NCBI RefSeq assembly: GCF_000964085.1
Contig: NZ_JZRB01000029.1
Coordinates: forward strand, 36,397 to 100,396
Direction of reading: 5' to 3'
Length of the DNA stretch: 64,000 bases
From: Luteibacter yeojuensis
GTDB taxonomy: Bacteria > Pseudomonadota > Gammaproteobacteria > Xanthomonadales > Rhodanobacteraceae
Shown: one piece after another, positions 26,783 to 36,575 of the stretch
Layout: the number at the start of each line of letters is the position of its first letter
Position numbering within the stretch: position 1 is the first letter of the stretch
Made by a program: the position numbers and the translations under genes
Notes under the pieces: model-generated
Databases searched by the model: none
Seen by the model: only the letters and a program-made list of their open reading frames with translations
What the model was told of the DNA's origin: nothing

Positions 26783-27879
26783 CGCGTCCGTTCAATAGCT
26801 GCACCGCCCTTGTGATGGCCCTCGGCCTCGCCCTCGCAACGCCCTCGCAGGCGCTCGCCGCCGAGGGTGGCAACCCGCTGATCCTCGATGCGAAGGAGAT
26901 CAAAGAAGACGGGATCACGCTAGGCCATGCCGAGGCGCGCACGATCACCGACCAGGTCCGCGCCCCCGGTGAGGTCACGGTGGATGCGTATTCCACCGCG
27001 TTGGTATCGCCGCGCGTCGCCTCGCAGGTGGTGGCCCGCAAGGTGAAGCTCGGCGATGTCGTCAAGGCAGGCCAGCCGCTCGTCGTGCTCTCCAGCGTCG
27101 ACGTCGCTGAAACCCAGGGCCAACTCATCGTCGCGAGCCAGGACTGGGCGCGCGTCGCGTCCCTCGGGCCGCAGGCCGTGTCCGCGCGCCGCTATAACGA
27201 AGCACTCGTGCAGCGCGACCAGGCAAGGGCGAAGCTGAAGGTCTATGGCATGTCCGATGGGCAGATCAGTGCACTCGTGAAACGAGGCTCGTCGGCGGCC
27301 GATGGCAGCTTCGAACTGCTCGCGCCGCGGGACGGCCGCGTCACGACCGACGATTTCGTGGTGGGCGAACGCATCGAACCCGGCCGCACGTTGTTCACCG
27401 TGGTCGCGGAATCCTCCGTGTGGGTGGAGGCACGGCTTGCCCCCGCCATGGCCGAGCAGGCCCGGCCCGACGCCGCGGCCACCATCGTTGCCCACGGCAT
27501 CGAGCTCAAGGGCACCGTCATCCAGCGCTCGCACCAGACGGACGAGAAGACCCGCACCGTCGCGGTTCGCATCAAGGTCACGAACGACAAGGACCTGTTG
27601 CACCCGGGCGAACTGGTCGAAGCCCGCATCGACATCGCCTCGCAGAGCCGGCCATTGGCGGTACCGGCCGAGGCCGTGGTGCTGCTGCAGAACCAGGCCA
27701 CCGTGTTCGTGAAGGGCAAGGCACCGGGCCAGTTCGAGCCGCTGGCGATCGAGGTGGGCGAAACCCGTGACGGTTGGACGGAAGTAAAGGCGGGCCTTCA
27801 GGCCGGCACGCCCTACGTCACCAAGGGAGCGTTCGCGCTCAAGGCACGCATCCTGCGCGCGCAGCTGGGGGACGAGTGA
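26779..27879 (+). CDS. czcB: RND efflux membrane-fusion (periplasmic adaptor) protein, CzcB-like.
   Basis: 'MTRPFNSCTALVMALGLALA...' is a signal/anchor sequence. It has HlyD-type composition and ATGA coupling on both sides. Confidence 0.7.
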   Translation: MTRPFNSCTALVMALGLALATPSQALAAEGGNPLILDAKEIKEDGITLGHAEARTITDQVRAPGEVTVDAYSTALVSPRVASQVVARKVKLGDVVKAGQPLVVLSSVDVAETQGQLIVASQDWARVASLGPQAVSARRYNEALVQRDQARAKLKVYGMSDGQISALVKRGSSAADGSFELLAPRDGRVTTDDFVVGERIEPGRTLFTVVAESSVWVEARLAPAMAEQARPDAAATIVAHGIELKGTVIQRSHQTDEKTRTVAVRIKVTNDKDLLHPGELVEARIDIASQSRPLAVPAEAVVLLQNQATVFVKGKAPGQFEPLAIEVGETRDGWTEVKAGLQAGTPYVTKGAFALKARILRAQLGDE

Positions 27880-30800
27880 TGCTCGAACGCCTCGTTGCCC
27901 TCGCCCTTAAGTACAAGGTCCTCGTCGTCATCGCCTTCGTGGTGGTCGCCGCCCTCGGCTACCAGGCGGTGCGGACGCTTCCCATCGACGCCTTCCCGGA
28001 TGTGACCCCAGTGCAGGTCAACGTCTACACCGAGGCCTCCGGGCTTGCCTCGGAGGACGTGGAACAGCTGCTCACCACGCCGGTCGAATCGGCGCTCGCC
28101 GGCCTGCCCAAGGTGCAGGACATACGCTCGGTGAGCCTGTTCGGGCTGTCGTATGTCTCCGTCTATTTCGATGACGACATGGACATCTACTTCGCCCGCC
28201 AGCTCGTGAATGAGCGCCTGCAGCAGGTCGGCGAGCGGCTACCGGCCGGCTACGGCAAGCCCGAGATGGGCCCCAACACGTCCGGTCTTGGCCAAGTGTT
28301 CTGGTACACGGTCGAACGCGCCGATGAAACGTTGAAGCACCAGCCGTCGGACATGGACCTGCGCACGCTGCAGGACTGGACCGTTCGCCTCATCCTGCGC
28401 ACCGCGCCGGGCGTCGACGATGTCACCTCGTGGGGCGGCCAGGAAAAGCAGTACCAGGTGCGCATCGACCCGCTGAAGCTCATCGCGCATGGGCTTGGCT
28501 TCAAGGACGTGATGCAGGCGCTCGAAGCGAACAATGCCCAGGTCGGCGGCAATGTCATCGATGTTGGCCGCGAGCAATACCTCGTGCGCGGCCTGGGCCT
28601 GGTAAAGAACAGCAGAGACATCGGCAACATCGTGCTGACGAGCGACGATGGCACGCCCATCTATGTACGCGACGTCGCTACCGTGACCGAAGCCGGCGCG
28701 CCGCGTACCGGCGCCGTCACCCGCGATGGCAAGGAGGTGGTGATGGGCCAGGCGCTCTCCCGCATCGGCGAGAACGCCAAGAGCGTGGTCGATGCCGTGA
28801 AGGCCAGGCTCGATACCGTGAAGCAAGCCTTGCCCGAAGGCACCGTGGTGAAGCCGGTCTACGAACGCACCGACCTGGTCAACGCGGCCGTCGGCACGGC
28901 GGTACGCGCGCTGGTCGAGGGCTCGGTCCTCGTCGCACTCATCCTGTTCCTGTTCCTGGGCGAACTGCGCAGCGCGCTGATCGTGGTGGTGACGCTGCCG
29001 CTGGCGATGCTCATCGCCTTCATCTGCATGGAGAAGGCCGGTCTCTCCGCCAACCTGATGTCGCTGGCAGGCCTGGCCATCGGTATCGGCATGATGGTGG
29101 ATGGCGCGGTGGTGATGGTGGAGAACGCCTTCCGCATCATGGCCGAGCGGATGGCGCACGGGGAGAAAGTCGACAAGACGGCCGCCGTGCTGCAGGCCGC
29201 CCGCGAAGTGGCGGCACCCATCGCCTTCGCCATCCTCATCATCATCGTGGTGTTCCTGCCCCTGTTCAGCCTGCAGGGTCTGGAGGGCAAGATGTTCAAG
29301 CCCATGGCCTTCAACATCAGCTTCGCCATGGCCGGCTCGCTGCTCCTGGCCCTGACCCTCATCCCGGTGCTGGCCGCCGTCGTCCTGAAGCCGAAGGCGG
29401 AAAAAGACACCCGGCTGGTTACCTACCTGAAGCGGGGCTATGCGAGGGTGCTGGCGTGGTCGCTCGGCCATCGCAAGGCGGTGATCGGCATGGCCGCCGC
29501 CGCGCTCGTCGGTGCGCTCGCCCTCTTCCCGTTCCTCGGCAAGGAGTTCATGCCGAACCTGCGGGAAGGCGCGATCATGTGGCGCATCACGTCGATCCCT
29601 TCGGCGTCGCTCGAGGAATCGATCGACATCTCCCGGCGCGTGGCCGACCGGATCAAGGCGACGTTCCCTGAAGTGGACACGACACTGGCGATGATCGGCC
29701 GCGCCGAAAAAGGCGAGACCGCCGACGTGAATTACATGGAGGTGTACACGCCGCTCAAGCCCAGGGAACAATGGCGTGACGGCGAAACCATCGAGTCGAT
29801 CCAGCAGGCCATGCAGCGGGAACTGGAGGCGAGCCTGCCGACCGCCGTGGTGAGCTACACCCAGCCGATCCAGATGCGCATCGAGGAGCTGATCTCCGGC
29901 GTGCGTGCCACCCTGGCGTTGAAGCTCTATGGGAACGACCTCGGCGAGCTCGACCGCTTGGGCGCGAAAGCGAAGGGCGTGCTCGCCAGCGTGCCCGGCG
30001 TCGCGGACCTGGCCCTGGAGGCCAACATTGGCAAGCCACAGGTGCGCATCGAGGTCGACCGCGATGCGCTGGCCCGCTACGGCCTGAATGCCGAAAACAT
30101 CCTCACGGTGGTGCGCAACGGCATCGGCGGCGAGCCCATCGGCGCGGTGCTCGATGGCGTGAAGCGTTTCGACATGACGGTGCGGCTGGACGACGCCAGC
30201 AAGGCATCCGTCCAGGCCATCGAACGCATCCCGTTGCGCACCCCGTCCGGCGCGCTCGTGCAGCTCAGCCAGGTGGCGACGATCAGCACGGCCGAAGGCT
30301 ACTCATTCATCCGCCGTGAGCAGCTGCAGCGGTACGCGGTGATCCAGATGGACGTGCGCGGCCGCGACATCGATGGCTTCGTGCAGGAAGCCAACGCGGC
30401 GCTGGCGAAGGCCGTGCCACTGCCCGCGGGCTACTACACCGCATGGGGCGGCGCCTTCGAAAACCAGCAACGCGCCTTGAAGCGGCTGGCGATCATCGTG
30501 CCCGCGACCATCTTCTTCATCTTCATCCTGCTGTACACCGCCTTCAACTCGGTGCGCTACGCCGGCCTCATCCTGGCCAACGTACCGTTCGCTACCATCG
30601 GCGGCATCGTCGGCCTGTTCGTGACCGGGCAGTACCTGTCCGTGCCCTCTGCCATCGGCTTCATCGCCGTGTTCGGCGTGGCCATGCTCAATGGCATCGT
30701 CCTGGTCAGCTTCCTCAATGAGCAGCAGGCGGCTGGCTTTTCGGTACGGGAGTCGGTGGTCCGCGGCACGGCCCTTCGCTTGCGGCCCGTGCTGATGACC

Positions 30801-30983
30801 GCCAGCGTCGCGATCCTGGGCCTGGTGCCCATGCTGCTTTCCAGCGGCGTGGGGGCCGAAACACAGCGCCCCCTGGCAACCGTGGTGGTCGGTGGCCTCA
30901 TCACGTCCACGCTGTTGACGCTGGTGCTGCTGCCCGTGCTGTACGACTGGATGGAAGGCAAGCGCACCGGGCGCCGCGACTAG
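27879..30983 (+). CDS. czcA: Heavy-metal efflux RND pump, CusA/CzcA family.
   Basis: 'MLERLVALALKYKVLVV...' is the CzcA-type N-terminus. It is a 1034 aa protein with a 12-TM RND architecture. Confidence 0.8.
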   Translation: MLERLVALALKYKVLVVIAFVVVAALGYQAVRTLPIDAFPDVTPVQVNVYTEASGLASEDVEQLLTTPVESALAGLPKVQDIRSVSLFGLSYVSVYFDDDMDIYFARQLVNERLQQVGERLPAGYGKPEMGPNTSGLGQVFWYTVERADETLKHQPSDMDLRTLQDWTVRLILRTAPGVDDVTSWGGQEKQYQVRIDPLKLIAHGLGFKDVMQALEANNAQVGGNVIDVGREQYLVRGLGLVKNSRDIGNIVLTSDDGTPIYVRDVATVTEAGAPRTGAVTRDGKEVVMGQALSRIGENAKSVVDAVKARLDTVKQALPEGTVVKPVYERTDLVNAAVGTAVRALVEGSVLVALILFLFLGELRSALIVVVTLPLAMLIAFICMEKAGLSANLMSLAGLAIGIGMMVDGAVVMVENAFRIMAERMAHGEKVDKTAAVLQAAREVAAPIAFAILIIIVVFLPLFSLQGLEGKMFKPMAFNISFAMAGSLLLALTLIPVLAAVVLKPKAEKDTRLVTYLKRGYARVLAWSLGHRKAVIGMAAAALVGALALFPFLGKEFMPNLREGAIMWRITSIPSASLEESIDISRRVADRIKATFPEVDTTLAMIGRAEKGETADVNYMEVYTPLKPREQWRDGETIESIQQAMQRELEASLPTAVVSYTQPIQMRIEELISGVRATLALKLYGNDLGELDRLGAKAKGVLASVPGVADLALEANIGKPQVRIEVDRDALARYGLNAENILTVVRNGIGGEPIGAVLDGVKRFDMTVRLDDASKASVQAIERIPLRTPSGALVQLSQVATISTAEGYSFIRREQLQRYAVIQMDVRGRDIDGFVQEANAALAKAVPLPAGYYTAWGGAFENQQRALKRLAIIVPATIFFIFILLYTAFNSVRYAGLILANVPFATIGGIVGLFVTGQYLSVPSAIGFIAVFGVAMLNGIVLVSFLNEQQAAGFSVRESVVRGTALRLRPVLMTASVAILGLVPMLLSSGVGAETQRPLATVVVGGLITSTLLTLVLLPVLYDWMEGKRTGRRD

Positions 30984-31004
30984 CGGCGCCCGGGCACCCA
31001 CCCG

Positions 31005-32996
31005 TCAGGCCTGGGTGGCCGGCGGGTGGTCGGCGTCCAGCACGCCGGCATCCACCCGCTGGGCCAGCAACGAGCTGGCCAGCTGGATCAGCGAACCCAG
31101 CCCCGAACCAGCGGCATCGCCACCGCCCAGCGCGATCTTCGGCACGATGGCGATCTTGCCGTCGCGGATGGCGTCGGCGAACTGGGCACCCAGCGTGTTG
31201 ATAAGCTGCAGGCGTGCGCCCTCGCCCGTCAACGCCTGCGACTTGGCCTGGATGGCCTCGGCTTCCGCCTTACCCACCGCGGCGATGGCCGACGCACGGC
31301 CGTCACCCTCGGCGGACAAGCGGCGGCGCTCGGCGTCGGCATCGATGCCGATGACGTTCGCGCGCTTGGTCGCTTCCACCACGTTGGCCTCGCCGACGTT
31401 CTTCTTGATTTCGATGTGGATCATCGAATTGGTGAGCTCGGCCTGGATATCCGTCTTGGCACGCGCCTCGCGCAGCGAGCGCTCCTTGGCCGCCGACTGC
31501 TCCTGCAGCTCAAACGTCGCCACCTGCTCGATCGCCACCTGGCGGTCGCGCAGCTGGTTGAGGATCGCGTCGATGCGCGCGCCCGATGCGTTTCCACCGC
31601 TGCCGTGCGGCGTACCGATCAGTACTTCCTGCAGTTCCAGGTTGTAGGCCGCGAAGCGGCCCATCATCTCGACGCCCGCCACCTGCTGGATATCGGCACG
31701 GTTCTGGATCAGCTCGATAAGCGTCTTGGTCTGGCCGATATTCTTGAAGTAGGCGCTGACCATCGGGTCGAGCGTCTGGTCGACAAGGCGCTTGATGTCG
31801 CCGAAGCGTTGCACCACCAGCGGAGCCTTGCGGTAGTCGATATGCACGACGACCGACAGCGGCAGCAACGGCTCGAACGCATCCTTCGTGATCAGGGACA
31901 CCTCCGACAGGTTCTCGTCGAACTTATGCAGGTTGGTCACCTCCGGCGTCCATTTCAGGATGAAGTTGGTGGTCGGCACGAGCTGGATCTTGCCGGCGTA
32001 GGTGTTGAACGCGTACTTGCCCGGCAGCAGCGGCTCCTTCCACACGCCGCGGCACGTGTTGTCGACCAGCTCGCCGTGCGAATAGCCCTCGCCCGAACGG
32101 TCGGTGCCGATGGTGCCGATGTACGACACCACCACGCCGACGAAGCCCACGGGCACGACGGTCTTGGCGATGTAGTCCACGGTGGCGAACAGGCGGTTGA
32201 TGTAATACGTGCCTTCCACCAGCACCTGGTGCTGGCGGCCACGGTTGCCGCCGGCGCGCAGGAACGCGTCGATGTTCTGGAAGTTGTTGTGGAAGGTGGC
32301 CTTGTCCGCGGTGTCCTGGCCCACGCGCGGGGCCACGATCTCGTCCGGCGGCAGCACCGGGCCGTCGTGTACCGTGACCACGCCGAGCATGTCGTTGCTG
32401 CTGTCGTCGGCTTGCGCGGCGGCGTTCTGGCGGCGGCCGCCGATGATGACCGGCTCGAAGCCGCCGCGCTCGGCCAGCACGCTGCCCATGCGGTCGATGG
32501 TGCCGCGCTCTTCTTCGGAGAGCAGCAGGCCATGCACGCGCGACGCCGTGATGATGGCGAACTGCGCTACGTTGATGGCATAGGTACCTTCGCGCAGCAC
32601 CATGCGCTGCGGGCCCTTCTGGCCACCGTTGCGCAGGAAGGCGTCCACGTCGCCGATGCCGGCAGGCACGGTGCGGCCCAGCGCCTGGCCTTCTTCCAGG
32701 TCGAGGCCGTCGCGGGCGAACACGTAGCCGAGCTCACCCTGCGGGATGGTGACGAGGTCCACCTTGTGCACGCGCCACTGGAACGGCACGAAGTAGTGCA
32801 GGCCACCGCGCAGCACGGTGGGCTGGTAGCCCACCTCGCCGTTGAGCGCGATCAGGCCCTGCTTGACCGAGGGGGCACCCCACAGGCGTTCGACGACGCC
32901 GACGCGGTCGTTGGGGATGTAGACGATGACATTGGAGATAAGAACGAGCGCGATCAGTAAGACGACGGCAACTGCGATTGCAATAAGCCAGGTCAT
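31005..32996 (-). CDS. Flotillin-family (SPFH/band-7) protein, YqiK-like.
   Basis: An N-terminal TM segment, the SPFH domain, and a long C-terminal coiled-coil with Ala/Glu repeats. Confidence 0.7.
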   Translation of the reverse strand: MTWLIAIAVAVVLLIALVLISNVIVYIPNDRVGVVERLWGAPSVKQGLIALNGEVGYQPTVLRGGLHYFVPFQWRVHKVDLVTIPQGELGYVFARDGLDLEEGQALGRTVPAGIGDVDAFLRNGGQKGPQRMVLREGTYAINVAQFAIITASRVHGLLLSEEERGTIDRMGSVLAERGGFEPVIIGGRRQNAAAQADDSSNDMLGVVTVHDGPVLPPDEIVAPRVGQDTADKATFHNNFQNIDAFLRAGGNRGRQHQVLVEGTYYINRLFATVDYIAKTVVPVGFVGVVVSYIGTIGTDRSGEGYSHGELVDNTCRGVWKEPLLPGKYAFNTYAGKIQLVPTTNFILKWTPEVTNLHKFDENLSEVSLITKDAFEPLLPLSVVVHIDYRKAPLVVQRFGDIKRLVDQTLDPMVSAYFKNIGQTKTLIELIQNRADIQQVAGVEMMGRFAAYNLELQEVLIGTPHGSGGNASGARIDAILNQLRDRQVAIEQVATFELQEQSAAKERSLREARAKTDIQAELTNSMIHIEIKKNVGEANVVEATKRANVIGIDADAERRRLSAEGDGRASAIAAVGKAEAEAIQAKSQALTGEGARLQLINTLGAQFADAIRDGKIAIVPKIALGGGDAAGSGLGSLIQLASSLLAQRVDAGVLDADHPPATQA

Positions 32997-33102
32997 GGCT
33001 GCATGTCCTCATGCGGTGGGTGGAAAACAAGGCGCACGAAACCGGCCCGCGCCATGCAAGGCGCGGCGGCGTGCGTGGGAATCAGGGATGGGGCGCTACG
33101 CG

Positions 33103-33786
33103 TTACCCGATGAAGTCGGCGAGCGAAGCCTGCGCGTCGATCACGTTGCGCCCCATCACGTCGAGTTCCTCGACGATATTGGCAAGCGGCGAGCGCGCGG
33201 AAAGCTGGCCGAACAGGATGTACTGCGAACCCACCAGGCCGATGTTGGTCAGCGGCATGTCGGGGCCCAGCCTCAGGCAGGCTTCGTTGAAACGCAGCGG
33301 ATCCGACACCGCGCGCTGCTCGCACAGCGGCGCGGTCATCAGGATTTCGAACTCGGATACCACCAGATGCACGCGCTGGCCGGCATGGCTCGCGAGTGCC
33401 AGCTCGATGAAGGCCGGCGTGGCGTGCAGCCACACGCCCGAGAACTGCGGCTGCTTTGCGGCGTGATCCTGGAGCGCCTCGTAGAGACGCTGGGTTGTCC
33501 ACTTGTGGTTCATGGCCTGCGTATCCATGCCAGCGACCAGACGCTCGGTCTGCTCGTTGCGTTGGTGGCGCAGGAACTCACGAACCAGCCCCTGCTCCCG
33601 TTCGGTCATGTAGATCCGGGGGATCGTCATGCCCAGTTGCGCCATCCTGTCGCGGAACGCCTTCTGGCGTTTCGCACCGGTGGTCGCTGGCTTCGTGGGT
33701 GGCATGGGGTTAGTGGATCGGCTCGTGGTGGAAGGCGTTACGCCTAACGTGACGCGTAACATACGCCGACCTTGGGTGCTACACAA
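33103..33786 (-). CDS. Hypothetical protein upstream of the flotillin gene; the start is uncertain.
   Basis: An ORF of reasonable composition, '...AKRQKAFRDRMAQLGMTIPRIYMTEREQGLVREFL...'. Confidence 0.4.
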   Translation of the reverse strand: MCSTQGRRMLRVTLGVTPSTTSRSTNPMPPTKPATTGAKRQKAFRDRMAQLGMTIPRIYMTEREQGLVREFLRHQRNEQTERLVAGMDTQAMNHKWTTQRLYEALQDHAAKQPQFSGVWLHATPAFIELALASHAGQRVHLVVSEFEILMTAPLCEQRAVSDPLRFNEACLRLGPDMPLTNIGLVGSQYILFGQLSARSPLANIVEELDVMGRNVIDAQASLADFIG

Positions 33787-33854
33787 TCACATCCATGACG
33801 CCGCGGGCGCCCGGGTGCTAACGTCGCCGCCAACCACCTGCTCAAGGACCGACG

Positions 33855-35099
33855 ATGGGCCTCCTCGACCTGTTCAAGCGCAAGCTGACCCACGACGATT
33901 TCGCGGCCATGGTGATCCGGCGCGCCCGTGAAAAGGGCAACCCGAGGAAGGCGGACTACGATGCGCCAGGCTTCTGCATCGCGTTCGAGCTCGCCGATGG
34001 CCGGCCCTTCACGATGAACCTGCACAACGCCTACCGCGACACGCTCGCGGTAGCGCCGGGCAAGCGCAACGCTGTGATCGACACCTACCTGGCAAGCCTC
34101 CTCGAGGCCCCGCGGGAAGAAAGCCCCGAAGAGACCATCGCGAGCCTCATGCCCACCATCCGCGACACGGCCATGTTCGCGTGGGGCGCGTTGCAGGGCC
34201 GGCTGGCTGGCTTCCCGGCGGGCGATAACGACACGTGCCTGCGCGAGTTCGTTGGCGATCTCTCGGTCGCCCTCGTCGTCGATTCCGAACACGCCACGCG
34301 CTCGGCCAACCGCGCCACCCTCGAAAAATGTGGCCTGGGCCTCGATGCCGCCTTTGCGCAAGCGCTCGCCAACCTGCGCGAGCGCACCGACGACGCCGGC
34401 ATGCAACGCCATGGCAACGTGTGGACCTCGTCGTGGCACGACGTCTTCGATGCCTCGCGCCTGCTGCTCACCGACATGATCCACCGCCTGCCCGTGCGTG
34501 GCGCGCCGGTCGCCGCTATTCCCACGCGTAACCATCTGTTCGTTACCGGCAGCCTGGATGACGAGGGTATCGCGGCCATGGCCTCGGTCGCGGCGGATGT
34601 CCTGGAGAACGACACACGCCCCTTGAGCGAGCAACTTCTCGTGCTCAGGGACGGCACCTGGTACCCCTACGAGGGCGCGCTGCCTTCGGCCACCGCCGCA
34701 CGCCTCACCATGGCACGCTACAAGCGGCTCGACGGCATCCACGCCGACCAGAAGGCGCTGCTCGAGAAGATCCACGAAAAAGAGGGAGAGGACGTCTTTG
34801 TCGCGTCCTTCCGCGCCGTGCAGGACACCACGACGGGGGAAATCTCCAGCTCGGGGCAATGGACGCGGGGCGTGGCGACACTCCTGCCGCACGCGGATTA
34901 CCTGCGCCTGTGGTGCAAGGAGCGCCACGAAATGATGGATGTGCCCTGGGCTGCCGCGGCGGAGCTGATCCCCGCGCTCACCACGCCGGAGCCGGCGCTT
35001 TCGCCGCGCCGCTACAGGGTCAGCGTGTTCCCCGACGACGCCACGTACGCCGCATTGAAAGCCAGGGCCGCGGTGGTCCGGGAAATCCAGCCGGGCTAG
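33855..35099 (+). CDS. DUF1444/UPF0354-family protein.
   Basis: 'MGLLDLFKRK...' is the family-typical N-terminus. The composition is balanced. The opposite-strand ORF 33744..34928 is Arg/Gly-rich and rejected. Confidence 0.55.
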   Translation: MGLLDLFKRKLTHDDFAAMVIRRAREKGNPRKADYDAPGFCIAFELADGRPFTMNLHNAYRDTLAVAPGKRNAVIDTYLASLLEAPREESPEETIASLMPTIRDTAMFAWGALQGRLAGFPAGDNDTCLREFVGDLSVALVVDSEHATRSANRATLEKCGLGLDAAFAQALANLRERTDDAGMQRHGNVWTSSWHDVFDASRLLLTDMIHRLPVRGAPVAAIPTRNHLFVTGSLDDEGIAAMASVAADVLENDTRPLSEQLLVLRDGTWYPYEGALPSATAARLTMARYKRLDGIHADQKALLEKIHEKEGEDVFVASFRAVQDTTTGEISSSGQWTRGVATLLPHADYLRLWCKERHEMMDVPWAAAAELIPALTTPEPALSPRRYRVSVFPDDATYAALKARAAVVREIQPG

Positions 35100-35123
35100 G
35101 CGCCCGGCTGGATCCCTGCCCGC

Positions 35124-35630
35124 TTACTCGAGGTCGCCCAGCTTCGCGTTCTTGCCCGGCTCCTTGAGCCATTCGCCGACGTCTTCGCCGATTTCGTTCG
35201 TGATGCGCGACAGCACCGCGCAGCTGCCCTTGAAGCCGCCGAACGCGCCGCCCATGGAAATGCGGCGATCCTTGAAGCTACCGACGACCTGGCCGTCGAC
35301 AACCAGCTTGCCCTTCACGCCCATGGACTTGTGGTGGCCCATGAATGCGTTGCCATCGGCCACGGCCTCGTAGATCTCCAGCTCCATGACACGGCCCTGC
35401 GCCGGCGCCGCGTCGGTGGCCGCGTAGGACACCTCGATGCCGTTTTCCTTCGCATGCTTCGCAATGGCCGCGGGCAGCTCGTCGTCGAGCTTGCACTCGT
35501 CGAGCACGGACTTGGGGATATCGGCGTCTTCGTTGAAGGTCACCGGCTTCTTGATCGTGACGGCATCGCCTGCGAATGCGGCCGGGGCCACCACCAGCAT
35601 CGCCATCGCGGCGACGAACTGCTTCCTCAT
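35124..35630 (-). CDS. Small periplasmic hypothetical protein.
   Basis: A signal peptide 'MRKQFVAAMAMLVVAPAAFAGDA'. The likely start is the internal Met at 35630, not the ORF-track start at 35783. Confidence 0.5.
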   Translation of the reverse strand: MRKQFVAAMAMLVVAPAAFAGDAVTIKKPVTFNEDADIPKSVLDECKLDDELPAAIAKHAKENGIEVSYAATDAAPAQGRVMELEIYEAVADGNAFMGHHKSMGVKGKLVVDGQVVGSFKDRRISMGGAFGGFKGSCAVLSRITNEIGEDVGEWLKEPGKNAKLGDLE

Positions 35631-35749
35631 GTACTTCTCCTTGTCTTCGATACACGCCAGCTTGACGTAGCGCCCTCGCCCTATCGGCTGGGGCGCGTTG
35701 AACTTTAAAGTTTCTTCGGGCTCTTCGGGCACTGCGGAGAATGCGGGGG

Positions 35750-36545
35750 GCGTGGGTCGGTTCATTCGCGTTCGCGAATGCATGGCTTTAGCGGCTTGCG
35801 CCGCCTCAAGCTGGTGGGTGGCCGCGGGTCGGGGGCGGGCAGGCCCTTGGGGCCGCCAGTCGCGGACCTACGGACCGGGCCGTAGCGACGCTTTGGCGAT
35901 AACCGTTGCGCATGGCGGCCCTCCGCTCATGTCGGCCCCAAGGGCCTGCCCGCCCCCGAGTCGGTACGCCGCGTTTCGTGTGGCACAAGCCGGTGCTGCG
36001 TAGTGCCTGGCAGTTTAGCCACGGCGCGTCTTAGCGAGCGTCGTCGCATACGTGCGTGACGAGACCGGCGCGCGCGGCGTGGACCACGACGTATCGTGCG
36101 GCGGTCCCGACACCGCATCGCAAAACTCACCCGTGTGTCTGCGCTGTTCCCGGCGTTCGATGGCGCTGTTGGCACAGGGGCCCCAAGAGAATTTCGCGCC
36201 ATCGAGCATGGCCATCGTCGCCTCCCGCCGCAATCACGATGTCGCCCGACTTGGGAGATACGCTCCGAGACACATGCTTGTGCCCCACGAAACCGGGCGC
36301 GTGGACTCGGTGGCGGGTGGGTTCCTGGGGCCGACATGAGCGGAGGGCCGCGCAACGTCGCGTCATGGCGATAGCGCCGCTACCGCCCGGTCCGAAGGTC
36401 CGCGACTGGCGGACCCAGGGGCCCACCCGCCGCCGACTCGCGACACGCCACCAGCCTTAGGCGGCGCAAGCCGCTCAACGCACGCATTCGCTTCAGCGAA
36501 TGAACCGGTAAAGAAGCATCGCCAGCAAGCTGGCTCCTACAGGTG
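35750..36545. repeat. Complex nested imperfect palindrome. Two inverted arms of about 240 bp (35753–36000 and 36270–36490) sit around a roughly 270-bp core. Each arm starts with the palindromic unit TTCATTCGCnnnnGCGAATGAA, and a REP-like tail follows at 36485–36545. The whole looks like a MITE or REP cluster.
   Basis: I compared the two arms by reverse-complementing them by eye. Long matching blocks include 'GGCGGCCCTCCGCTCATGTCGGCCCC' and 'GCTTGTGCC(A/C)CACGAAAC'. The left arm also contains an internal inverted pair, GGGCGGGCAGGCCCTTGGGGCCG / CGGCCCCAAGGGCCTGCCCGCCC. Confidence 0.6.
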
Positions 36546-36575
36546 AGGCGGTGCGCGAATGCACGGCGGACTGCG

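Noticed and set aside
33744-34928. A 394-aa minus-strand ORF.
   Set aside because: It is antisense to the DUF1444 gene. Its Arg/Gly-rich composition contrasts with the balanced plus-strand product that starts with the family-typical MGLLDLFKRK.
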